Shown here: positions 1 through 8,292 of the stretch, in pieces
How the letters are laid out: each line of letters begins with the position of its first letter
Position numbering within the stretch: the first letter of the stretch is position 1
DNA from: Hormoscilla sp.
GTDB taxonomy: Bacteria; Cyanobacteriota; Cyanobacteriia; Cyanobacteriales; Desertifilaceae
Assembly (NCBI GenBank): GCA_051439505.1
Contig: JBFRWI010000042.1
Span: 1 to 43,503, forward strand
Direction of reading: 5' to 3'
DNA: 43,503 nt
Notes under the pieces: model-generated
Seen by the model: the letters and a program-made list of their open reading frames with translations, nothing else
Database searches by the model: none
Told to the model about the DNA's origin: nothing
Program-made: the position numbers and the translations under genes

Positions 1-2
1 CC

Positions 3-673
3 GCTGGTAGCTTTATTGACTGGGTAATTGCCCTGGCTATTTTTGAATGGCTACTGGTAATTGTTACTGTGCCGTGGAATATCTATTTTGAGGCCAAGGA
101 AGTCTTGGTTGAGGGGTGTGGTCAAAAGTAGTTGATCGTCAGGTGTATCTGGTGATGTATTCTAGCCCGCGCAGGCGGGCTTTGTACCTGTAGCCGGGCC
201 CTTTAGGGTTCGGGACCCTACCAACTGTTTTTGACCACACTCGTTCCGGTGCGGCTTTGCTGTTAACTTTATTGCGGCCAGTCCTGCGGGGTTATCAGTA
301 TTTGGCCGCCCGGTTAGCTGCCATTCGTAAACAAGTTAAGTATCCTCGCGAAGACGTGCTAGAATTGCGATTTTTCGGGCCGTCCGCGGACCGATCGCGC
401 TTTCATGCCTTAGAACAACAAGTCAAAGCCATTGAAACACAACTGGATCCAGAAAAACCGGACTCCTGGGTCGCAACTTACCAGCGTAAATGGCAAGAAA
501 GCCGGAAGGAACTTGACAAGTTGAAAGCCTCGCAAGCCGAACATTCAGCGGCAAATCAAGCCGAACACCAGCGCCTGGAACGTCAGGCAGAACAGGCGAT
601 CGCCCAGCTAACAACGGACGGTCAATTTCTCGATCATGTGAGGGAAATTATCCGCTTTTTCAAATCAGCATAA
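3..673 (+). pseudogene. Conserved cyanobacterial membrane/coiled-coil hypothetical protein, 5'-partial, disrupted by a MITE at 114-242
   Basis: Frame from nt 3 reads AGSFIDWVIALAIFEWLLVIVTVPWNIYFEAKEVLVE, runs into the MITE and stops. Coding resumes after the MITE as SGAALLLTLLRP...KYPREDVLELR (ORF 257..673). Both halves resemble one conserved cyanobacterial family as I recall it. Confidence 0.7.
114..242. mobile_element. MITE (~129 bp) with terminal inverted repeats, carrying an internal REP-like hairpin
   Basis: Left end GGGTGTGGTCAAAAGTAGTTG, right end CCAACTGTTTTTGACCACACTC (12-bp perfect core GTGTGGTCAAAA). Internal AGCCCGCGCAGGCGGGC element at 164-214. A lone matching end occurs at 5158-5183. 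Confidence 0.75.
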
Positions 674-705
674 ACCCTGACTACCTACTAATTGTAATAG
701 CCTTT

Positions 706-899
706 TATAGTAAGTATAAATGAGTTATGCAACTGAAGTAGTGTTGAAACTATTATCAGGCGGTGAGATTGCTTCGGGGGATATTTACGGGGATCATTAA
801 CATGTCGGCTGGGACACCCCTCGCAATGACAAATTATAGCTTTTAAAGTATCTGTCCCCACTCCCAAAAATTTGCAGAAATGATTTCGACGCACTAGAT
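706..899. mobile_element. TATAG-ended (Nezha-like) MITE / dispersed repeat, copy 1
   Basis: About 170 bp closely match 22637-22810 (TATAGTAAGT...TTATG.AACTGA...TATTATCAGGCGGTGAGATTGCTTCGGGG...CCCCTCGCAATGACAAATTATAG...AAAATTTGCA). The right end TTTGCAGAAATGATTT resembles 30155-30170. Confidence 0.7.
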
Positions 900-974
900 A
901 AAATATCGGCAAATAAAAATCAGCTCTGGGCAGTAATTGCAGGAACTCATTTGTAGTATTCTTTTCAAAATAGT

Positions 975-1046
975 ATTAGTCGGTTTTAACCGACTTTAGC
1001 TATTAGCCGGGGGTTTGAACCCCCGGCGGGCTAACAACGAAGAGAA
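975..1046. repeat. REP-like palindromic element (CCGGGGGT...ACCCCCGGCGGGCTAACA.CGAAG family)
   Basis: Reverse-complement pieces at 4805-4831 (CTCTCTTCGCTGTTAGCCCGCCGGGGGT) and 4943-4958 (TTAAAACCGACTAATA). A full hairpin relative lies at 27628-27682. Confidence 0.65.
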
Positions 1047-1062
1047 GGGGTTGAAACGCGCT

Positions 1063-1294
1063 TATAGCAGTTCTAAAATTACTGTGATATGCTGTTGGGG
1101 AGATTGCTTCGTGCCTCGCAACGCTGCGCTTTTACGAAGTGCGCGACGCAGGAGCGCTACGGGGGGGGATTGCTTCGTGCCTCGCAACGCTGCGCGACTT
1201 ATAAAGCCTAAGTTTATCGCTACGTACCCCCCCTCGCAATGAGTTCAAGTTAGACGATTTAGCTGTACCACACCAATTTGAGAAACGCGCTTAT
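1063..1294. mobile_element. Nezha-like MITE with two internal GATTGCTTCGTGCCTCGCAACGCTGCGC units
   Basis: Imperfect TIRs TATAGCAGTTCTAAAATT / AATTTGAGAAACGC. A 13-bp direct repeat GAAACGCGCTTAT lies at 1053-1065 and 1282-1294. An internal ~28-bp unit is duplicated. Confidence 0.55.
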
Positions 1295-1308
1295 GTAAAT
1301 TGAGAGTA

Positions 1309-2676
1309 TTACAATAACCCAGCAGACTCGTACAGACGCCGGAGAAGGGAGAGAATGCGATCGCCATACCGATCGTCTGCATTCCAACGACCACTAAGCT
1401 GTTCCACCAAGGGGGCAATGCCGCGAGTAATAAAGCGAAACCGGGGCGCAACTAACTCTTGTACCAAAGGTTCCGTACTAGCATAGGCTTTTAATTGTTG
1501 AATATGGGCTCTCACGCCAATTCGGGCACTGGCAAAAGCAGCACCACCCGACCCCGCCCACACATCTCCCAAACCGGCAAAGTTATTTTGCGAGGGTTGC
1601 ACTCCCCTACCAAACCGCAAAAATCCTGTTTCTATACACATCTGACAAAAAGCGATATCATAGTTGACGCCCTCGATGGAAGCCTCTTCTCGGTATAGTC
1701 GCGGAATGTCGGGAAACTGGTCGAGACCTTCGGGATTGTTCGTTTTCAGAAACATCATCAGTTGCACCTCCGACGTGTTACCATGACCCATAATTCGATC
1801 CAGTTGACCGCCGCAGATCTTCAAGACCGATCGCAAAACTACCGCGCGGGTATCGTTATCCCAATCGACAGAGATATTGAAATCCCGCAACTCTACTGCT
1901 TTGATATAGACTATGTTACGATAATTGATGCGGCGGACATCGCTTGCTTGTGATAAATTAATTCCCAAGCTATCTACTAGGTCGATCGGGATATAGGCGT
2001 TGCCATTGACGATTATCCCCAGATCCCCATAGACTTGACCGTTAAGATTGATATTAATCGTGGGATAGATCGGTGCCTGAGTGGGGGGGGGTTTGGGAGC
2101 ACCAAGGGGATCAATAGTGCGGCTCCAAGCTGCCAGTCCGTCCGCTAATCCCAGAGCTATTTCCCGCCGTCGATTTTGCAACAGGAACCGATCGTCCGGG
2201 TTGGTGAGAAAGCCAACTTGGATCAGCAAAGAGGGGGTAATCACGTTGCGACAAAATGCTAAACTACCCACACCCGTAGCTGTATCTGGTTGGGCTCCCC
2301 GACTCCGCAGTTGAGGTAACCGACGCAACAGGGCCAGCAGCAGCAACTCGGCATGTTCCTTGCGCTCCTGGTTGTTGGCAATGTAATATATACTCGCTCC
2401 CCTGACTGCCGGGTTAGAAAAGGCATCCGCATGTAGTTCTGTCGATACATCCCCTCGTCTGGCACGAATGTTGATCCAGTCTATTGACCGCCGCAAACTC
2501 AGGTCGTCTGGCACCACCAGCACTTCAAAATCCCGCGATCGCAAGTCCGCCGCTATCAAGTCTCGCAGTTGGATCATCTCTTTTGCTTCTGTGGTGCTTC
2601 CGGCGATCGCCCCTGGATCCCGGAACCCATCACTTTCGACCCCGCCATGACCTGCTGACAGAAAAATTCTTCCCAT
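1309..2676 (-). CDS. tftA: N-acetylmuramoyl-L-alanine amidase (Amidase_3) plus C-terminal glucosaminidase-like domain; TftA-like (hormogonium tapered terminus morphoprotein)
   Basis: MGRIFLSAGHGG...DPGA...TEA and ELHADAF amidase motifs. C-terminal EASIEGVNYDIAFCQMCIETG...QNNFAGLG glucosaminidase motif. Architecture matches cyanobacterial TftA as I recall it. Confidence 0.8.
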   Translation of the reverse strand: MGRIFLSAGHGGVESDGFRDPGAIAGSTTEAKEMIQLRDLIAADLRSRDFEVLVVPDDLSLRRSIDWINIRARRGDVSTELHADAFSNPAVRGASIYYIANNQERKEHAELLLLALLRRLPQLRSRGAQPDTATGVGSLAFCRNVITPSLLIQVGFLTNPDDRFLLQNRRREIALGLADGLAAWSRTIDPLGAPKPPPTQAPIYPTININLNGQVYGDLGIIVNGNAYIPIDLVDSLGINLSQASDVRRINYRNIVYIKAVELRDFNISVDWDNDTRAVVLRSVLKICGGQLDRIMGHGNTSEVQLMMFLKTNNPEGLDQFPDIPRLYREEASIEGVNYDIAFCQMCIETGFLRFGRGVQPSQNNFAGLGDVWAGSGGAAFASARIGVRAHIQQLKAYASTEPLVQELVAPRFRFITRGIAPLVEQLSGRWNADDRYGDRILSLLRRLYESAGLL

Positions 2677-2699
2677 CTGCTATATTCCCTCTTCTGCAC

Positions 2700-2826
2700 T
2701 ATTGTAAATTGTAAATTGCTAATTGTAAATTGTCAATCCATTCCCATTATATTTATGACTGCTAATACCTTTCCATTCTCAAATTTCAATTAGCAATTAG
2801 CAATTAGCAATTAGCAATTAGCAATT
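2700..2826. repeat. Heptameric STRR-type tandem repeats between divergent tftA and dnaG
   Basis: (AATTGTA/AATTGCT)n at ~2700-2737 and (CAATTAG)x5 at 2787-2826; the two tracts are mutually complementary. Confidence 0.85.
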
Positions 2827-2849
2827 TTCCATTCTCAAGGATAATATTT

Positions 2850-4799
2850 ATGAGCATTCCGCGCCTGCACCCCGATACTATTGAAGAAGTCAAGCAGCAT
2901 GTTGACATTGTCGATGTGATTTCCCAACGAGTCGTCCTCCGCAAGCGAGGCAAGGATTTTGTCGGACTCTGTCCTTTTCACGAGGAAAAATCTCCCAGCT
3001 TTACAGTCAGTCCTACTAAACAATTTTACCATTGTTTTGGTTGTAGTGCTAGCGGCAATGCCATCACTTTCTTGATGGAACTGGATAAGCGTTCTTTCTC
3101 TGATGTCGTTCTGGACCTGGCCCGATCGCACCAGTTGCAGATCAAGACCATGGCACCGGAAGAACGCCAGGAACTCCAACGCCAAATCACTCTCCAAGAA
3201 CAGTTATATCAAGTTTTGGCTTTGGCGTCAAGTTTTTATCAACATGCCCTGAACAAATCTGGGGTGGGAGAAATGGCCCTAGACTATCTCAAATCTCACC
3301 GCCAGTTGAGTACCCAGACCATTCAACAGTTTCAACTGGGTTACGCCCCACCGGGCTGGGAAACCCTATACAATTATTTAGTAGAGTTCAAGGGATATTC
3401 TGTCAAGTTGGTGGAACTGGCAGGGTTGATCTTGCCCCGCAAGAATGCTAGCGGTTATTACGATCGATTCCGCGATCGCCTGATAATTCCCATCCGTGAC
3501 ATCCAAGGACGGATCGTCGGTTTTGGGGGCCGCACCCTTGGGGATGACAAACCTAAATATCTCAATTCTCCGGAAACTCCTGTCTTCGATAAAGGCAAAA
3601 CTCTCTTTGCTTTGGATCGAGCTAAAAATGCTATTGCTAAACAAGACCAGGCTGTGGTAGTAGAAGGATATTTTGATGCGATCGCCCTCCATGCTGCTGG
3701 CATCACCAATGTTGTCGCCTCTCTGGGCACTGCTTTGAGTGCCACCCAAGTGCGGCAACTCTTGCGTTACAGTGCTTCTAAACGCCTGGTGCTGAATTTT
3801 GACGCCGATGCGGCGGGCACCACTGCTACCCAAAGGGCCATTGGCGAAGTTGCCGATCTGGCCTATAAAGGACAGGTGCAACTGCGCATTCTCAACCTTC
3901 CCGATGGCAAAGATGCCGACGACTTTCTCAAGCTTTCTGGTTCTCCTGAACCTTACCAACAGCTGTTAGCAGATGCCCCCCTCTGGATCGATTGGCAAAT
4001 TCAACAAATCCTCAAGGGCAAAGATCTGCAAAAAGCAGATCAATTTCAACAAGTCTCCAAGCAGACGATCGCCCTTCTCAGGCAGATCCAAGATAGCACA
4101 TCCCGCACCTATTATATCAATCTATGCGCCCAACTCCTCTCCTCGGGAGACTCCCGACTGGTGCCCAAACTAGCGCAAGATTTACTCACTCAAGTTAAAA
4201 AACCACAACGGCGGGCCGACAAGCAGAAATCTCAGCAGCAGCAAGACAAGTCTCTAGAGTTACCCGTTAGTTCCGATAACCAACGTTTAGTACAGGCAGA
4301 AGCTTTACTCCTGCGAGTTTACCTCCATTATCCCCCATACCGCAGTGAAATTATCCAGGCCCTCACAGATAAAAAATTAAACTTTACCAGACAGCAGCAT
4401 AGCTTTTTGTGGTCTCAAATTAAGCTAGTGCAACAGTCCCTAGAACTGACATCGCCCGACCTCCTCTCTAAATTACAGGACCACTGTCTCCAATTTTCTC
4501 AAGAAATGGCCCAAGTACAGCCGCTATTTTATTTGGATGAGAAAACTCAGCGGGATATCCGCCGCACTCCTCTGATCCTTCAAGCCGCGATCGCCTGTAT
4601 GGAGAGGGCCATTTGTGAAAGTCGTTCTCGCTATTGTCTGGAACGTTGGACAAATACTGACCGAGTTCGGGATCCAGAAGGGTGGCATTATTATTGCCAA
4701 AAATTATATCAGGCCAAGCAGCGAATTAAGGAAATCGACCGACTGCGCCAGACTTCTCTGTTAGACTTGGTGCAGCTGCCCTGGAAAGGAGATGTTTAA
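2850..4799 (+). CDS. dnaG: DNA primase
   Basis: CHC2 zinc finger CPFHEEKSPSF...CFGC, YDRFRDRLIIPI, KYLNSPET, TOPRIM VEGYFD and FDADAAG, KDADDFL. Confidence 0.98.
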   Translation: MSIPRLHPDTIEEVKQHVDIVDVISQRVVLRKRGKDFVGLCPFHEEKSPSFTVSPTKQFYHCFGCSASGNAITFLMELDKRSFSDVVLDLARSHQLQIKTMAPEERQELQRQITLQEQLYQVLALASSFYQHALNKSGVGEMALDYLKSHRQLSTQTIQQFQLGYAPPGWETLYNYLVEFKGYSVKLVELAGLILPRKNASGYYDRFRDRLIIPIRDIQGRIVGFGGRTLGDDKPKYLNSPETPVFDKGKTLFALDRAKNAIAKQDQAVVVEGYFDAIALHAAGITNVVASLGTALSATQVRQLLRYSASKRLVLNFDADAAGTTATQRAIGEVADLAYKGQVQLRILNLPDGKDADDFLKLSGSPEPYQQLLADAPLWIDWQIQQILKGKDLQKADQFQQVSKQTIALLRQIQDSTSRTYYINLCAQLLSSGDSRLVPKLAQDLLTQVKKPQRRADKQKSQQQQDKSLELPVSSDNQRLVQAEALLLRVYLHYPPYRSEIIQALTDKKLNFTRQQHSFLWSQIKLVQQSLELTSPDLLSKLQDHCLQFSQEMAQVQPLFYLDEKTQRDIRRTPLILQAAIACMERAICESRSRYCLERWTNTDRVRDPEGWHYYCQKLYQAKQRIKEIDRLRQTSLLDLVQLPWKGDV

Positions 4800-4804
4800 C
4801 ACAC

Positions 4805-5183
4805 TCTCTTCGCTGTTAGCCCGCCGGGGGTATCCCACCCCCGCGTTACCAGGCGGGAGCCAGGTAACGAGGCTTAAGTGGGTTAAAACCCACTCTCGAC
4901 ATTGTCTAGAAAAGAGATCTTGCACTATTGTCAAGATGTCAATTAAAACCGACTAATATCATGTTTTTATAAAAGGGTATTAATATCAAGTTTGATCTAT
5001 AGGCCATAATAAAAATTTCTCTCGATCGAGCGTGTCCCGCTGGGAATGCCCCTGAGAGGATCTGCCTCCAGTGGCCTAAGTACACCCGAATCGTTATGTT
5101 CTCGGTACATCCGGGGGGGGAGTTGGGGGGGATCCGGCGACTGGGAGGGCCGCCCGAACGATCAACGGGTTTTGACCACACCC
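4805..5183. repeat. Mosaic of REP/MITE fragments downstream of dnaG
   Basis: Contains pieces of the 975-1046 family, CGCGTTACCAGGCGGGAGCCAGGTAACGAG (also at 17644-17661), CTGGGAATGCC...GAGGATCTGCCTCC, and a MITE end TTTTGACCACACCC at 5170-5183. Confidence 0.6.
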
Positions 5184-5227
5184 AACCGGTGCCCCACGTA
5201 AGGGAAAAAGTTCGGAGTTCGGAGTTC

Positions 5228-5400
5228 AAACCTCTCGGTTGGGGTCGAAAACCTCTCGGTTGAGGTCGAAAACCTCTCGGTTGAGGTTTAAAACCTCTCG
5301 GTCGGGGTTTAAAACCTCTCGGTCGGGGTTTAAAACCTCTCGGTCGGGGTTTAAAACCTCTCGGTTGGGGTTTTAAACCTCTCGGTTGGGGTTTTAAACC
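5228..5400. repeat. Tandem array of eight 21-bp units AAACCTCTCGGTYGRGGTYKW
   Basis: Units start at 5228, 5249, 5270, 5291, 5312, 5333, 5354 and 5375. Flanked by (GTTCGGA)n at 5210-5227 and (CCCAACTGAGAACT)x2 at ~5400-5434. Confidence 0.95.
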
Positions 5401-5434
5401 CCAACTGAGAACTCCCAACTGAGAACTCCCAACT

Positions 5435-5612
5435 CAGCTGGTGTCGGTCTTGCGCCCGTTGGCAACCGTTCACCGTTCCCTGTGAAGCGCATCCCGGAGC
5501 AGGCGCTGCCAGCGCCTGTGGAGAGGAGAGCAGTTCCCCCACTAATACAACGGTCTGCGTGACCACACCCAGACCGATCTGCACCGATCTGCAAGTATCA
5601 AGCGCTGGAAGT
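5435..5612 (-). ncRNA. ssrS: 6S RNA (SsrS/SsaA), cyanobacterial type
   Basis: Minus strand CTGGGTGTGGTCACGCAGACCGTTG...GGAACTGCTCTC...CAGGCGCTGGCAGCGCCTG...GGGAACGGTGAACGGTTGCCAACGGGCGCAAGACCGACACCAG. The 5' and 3' arms pair into a rod with a central bubble and terminal hairpin, matching cyanobacterial 6S as I recall it. Ends approximate. Confidence 0.88.
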
Positions 5613-5699
5613 GTTATTGGGAAATAATTTCAGGCAAATTAGCTATCATTTTAGCATCCCTTATTAGGAAGAGCCCTACTAACTACCATTTACGATTCC

Positions 5700-6212
5700 C
5701 TAATCACAAGGAAGAGTATCGCGAGTATTCCTCTTGGTTACAGGATTAGTACCCTTGGCCAGCTTACACAGCAATTTTTCCGTCGTTCGCCGGAAGTACA
5801 TGCCAGTGAAATCGGCACCGTCAATGATCGTCGCCTCGTCAAACTTGGCATTATAGCCTAAAGCATCCTCAAATATAGCATTGGTTAAATTTGCCTTGTA
5901 AAACTTAGCCGTGTCGATGATCGAGAATGTCAGATCCGCACCCTCCAGGTTAGCACCCTCTAGGTTAGCTAAAAACAAACTCACCCCTCGCAAATTTGCC
6001 TGAGATAAGTTACTATTTGTCATATCGGCTCTCTCAAATTTATCCTTTGTCAAATCTTGACCGGAAAAGTCCTTCCCTTGAAGTTTTTTTTCGCTGTAGT
6101 CTACCGCTAACGCTGGGGTCGCGATCGCACTTACCGCCCCGATCGACAATAGCATCAACAGGCATAAACTCAGGATCATTTTGGCTATCCGCCGGTGTCC
6201 TCTCGTATTCAT
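5700..6212 (-). CDS. Pentapeptide repeat protein with signal peptide (likely thylakoid lumen or periplasm)
   Basis: Hydrophobic N-terminus ending ALA, A(D/N)LxxA repeats, C-terminal C...GTNPVTKRNTRDTLPC typical of the family. Confidence 0.9.
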   Translation of the reverse strand: MNTRGHRRIAKMILSLCLLMLLSIGAVSAIATPALAVDYSEKKLQGKDFSGQDLTKDKFERADMTNSNLSQANLRGVSLFLANLEGANLEGADLTFSIIDTAKFYKANLTNAIFEDALGYNAKFDEATIIDGADFTGMYFRRTTEKLLCKLAKGTNPVTKRNTRDTLPCD

Positions 6213-6281
6213 GACAAAACAAAGTTAATAAACATGCGATTATAGTTGTACCATAATACTGCTAACTGAGTCAAGAGGCTG

Positions 6282-6791
6282 ATGAGTTTATCTGCTGATA
6301 AAGGGGCTTTGGGAGAAGAACTGGTGGCACAATGGCTGCAACAGCAAGGTTGGGCAATCTTACACCGGCGCTGGCGTACCCGTTCTGGAGAGTTGGACAT
6401 CATCGCCCAACGGGCCCGTCAGTTAGCATTTGTCGAGGTGAAAACTCGCAGTCGCGGTAACTGGGATGCCGATGGCAAACTGGCCATCTCCGCCAAAAAG
6501 CAGCAGTTCATCTGGCAGGCGGCGGAGTTATTTCTCGCAGCATATCCCGCCTATGCCGATCTATCCTGTCGCTTTGATGTTGCCTTAGTTTACTGTCAGA
6601 GTTTACCCCGATCGCCCAATTCTCACCCTCTCCCGTCACCTGACACGCATGATAACAAATTCAATCATGCATGTCAAGTGACACTGCCAGCCATGCAGTC
6701 AAAATCTGTTAAACTGGGGCAAGCAGTACGGGTTGGTGATTATCAATTCATCCTCCAAGAATACATCCCATCCGCTTTCGACTGTTCCTAA
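6282..6791 (+). CDS. yraN: YraN/UPF0102 family endonuclease-like protein
   Basis: GALGEELVAQWL, RWRTRSGELDIIA, FVEVKTRS, CRFDVALV motifs. Confidence 0.92.
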   Translation: MSLSADKGALGEELVAQWLQQQGWAILHRRWRTRSGELDIIAQRARQLAFVEVKTRSRGNWDADGKLAISAKKQQFIWQAAELFLAAYPAYADLSCRFDVALVYCQSLPRSPNSHPLPSPDTHDNKFNHACQVTLPAMQSKSVKLGQAVRVGDYQFILQEYIPSAFDCS

Positions 6792-6804
6792 TTTATTCAC
6801 AATA

Positions 6805-6826
6805 TGGTGGGCGGTGCCCACCCTAC
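6805..6826 (-). repeat. GTAG-type REP (GTAGGGTGGGCA.YGCCCACC); further copies at 8195-8234, 10996-11016, 19591-19612, 20968-20989 and 23282-23303
   Basis: Near-identical ~22-bp hairpins with a 5' GTAG tetranucleotide, all intergenic. Confidence 0.85.
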
Positions 6827-6873
6827 TAATTAATTCACTCTTCGTGCTTACTACGAACCTGTTTACCAACCGG

Positions 6874-8160
6874 TTATCTGCCTCTGTTCCTGTTCCTGCG
6901 CCTAATCGCCAGCGGATCGGAACCATAATATGCAGTTGCTTGTGACATAGTCATCTTCAGTAACTCCTTGTTTCCCAAAGGTTGTTCTTCACTTGGTTTG
7001 CAGGGTTCCACACCTAAAGAACGGATAATTTCTGCTGCTATAGCTTTCGCTAATAATGGCGGCACCGAATTCCCTATTTGCCGAAAACCGTGCCATTTGG
7101 TAATGTGAAATCTAAACCAGTCTGGATAGGAATGTAACCTCCCTGCTTCCCTGACTGTAATGCAACGCGGCGTGTACGGATGTATCGGTCTGGGGGAAGT
7201 AAACGCCCCCCGATCGCGTGCCGTTCCCGCCCTCAGAGTATTGCACAAACCTTCGGGATTGAGCTTGTGAAATCGACTCACCCGTTCGATTCTACCAAAT
7301 CCCGTGTTTTCAAATCTTGCTCTCGATTTCTTCGCATGATTTGTCGTGATACTGGAAGTCAGCAATGTCCGATTGTACTTGCGGCCATAGGAGTAATCAT
7401 CTGCCATCATACACAAACCGCGCATCTGTTGACCGTAATCGCTGGGCTTGCCGTACTCTGCCACTACGGAGTCCCTTCTCCGCAATATTGAATAGTTTTC
7501 TGCTTCCGGTAAGTCTCCTATAGCTTGCCATACTGTCGGCGTCAAAGGCAAGTCTTGCTTGTCAGCTTGATTTCTCCTTGGTGGTATAGTTATTTGTGGA
7601 GGATATTGGGGTAATGGCATTCCTTCACGGCACCCCAGCAGAAATAATCTTTCCCGGTTCTGGGGAACTCCATAGTTAGCTGCATTCAGAACTTTATGGG
7701 ATAATACGCGATAACCATTCGCTGCAAATTCGGAAATAATGTCTTTGAGCAGCTGTCGATATATTCCCTGGGTGAGTCCGGGAACGTTCTCCATGACAAA
7801 GTACTTCGGTTCGAGTTCTAACACTACCCGCCGAAAGTGAGATATTAAGCAGTTGCGCGGATCGTAAAATTGGCGTTTTCCGATCACCGAAAACCCTTGG
7901 CAAGGCGGTCCGCCGCAGACAACATCTATCTGATTATCCCCAATGTAGTTCCTGATTTGATCTCCTGTCGTATCGGTGATATTCTGACATAAGACTGACC
8001 AGAAAGGAAAGTTGAACTCGTGAGTAGCACAATGAATTGGATCTAGTTCCACCGCCACAGGTACGTCAAACCCCGCCTGTTCAAAACCCAGGGTCATCCC
8101 ACCAGCACCGGCAAATAAGTCAATTGCAATTGGTCGTCGATCGCCCACAGCACTTACCAT
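6874..8160 (-). CDS. Orphan DNA (cytosine-5)-methyltransferase, probably the CGATCG (HIP1-core) enzyme of the M.Ssp6803I/DmtC type
   Basis: Motifs I DLFAGAGG, IV GGPPCQGFS, VI ENVPG, VIII QNRER and X GNSVPP. The segment TLRAGT...SPRPIH...RCITVREAGRLH...WHGFRQIGN resembles the cyanobacterial CGATCG methylase. Specificity is inferred. Confidence 0.85.
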   Translation of the reverse strand: MVSAVGDRRPIAIDLFAGAGGMTLGFEQAGFDVPVAVELDPIHCATHEFNFPFWSVLCQNITDTTGDQIRNYIGDNQIDVVCGGPPCQGFSVIGKRQFYDPRNCLISHFRRVVLELEPKYFVMENVPGLTQGIYRQLLKDIISEFAANGYRVLSHKVLNAANYGVPQNRERLFLLGCREGMPLPQYPPQITIPPRRNQADKQDLPLTPTVWQAIGDLPEAENYSILRRRDSVVAEYGKPSDYGQQMRGLCMMADDYSYGRKYNRTLLTSSITTNHAKKSRARFENTGFGRIERVSRFHKLNPEGLCNTLRAGTARDRGAFTSPRPIHPYTPRCITVREAGRLHSYPDWFRFHITKWHGFRQIGNSVPPLLAKAIAAEIIRSLGVEPCKPSEEQPLGNKELLKMTMSQATAYYGSDPLAIRRRNRNRGR

Positions 8161-8292
8161 AGAGTATACTCACTTACTTTACCTTACTATATTGTCGGGT
8201 GGGCATCTATATTGTCGAGTGGGCATCGCCCACCGATAGTCAAGGATGACCAACGACCAGCAATGGCCTACCAGGCCCAATCTGCCGCTTCC

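Noticed and set aside
688..1242. ORFs 688..912 and 1015..1242
   Set aside because: Translations of MITE/REP sequence (CHCE..., DCFVPRN motifs).
5228..5400. CRISPR array
   Set aside because: Units are contiguous 21-mers with no unique spacers, and there are no cas genes in the window.
4939..5594. ORFs 4939..5418, 5351..5584 and 5394..5594 as proteins
   Set aside because: They are read-throughs of the tandem repeat and the 6S RNA.
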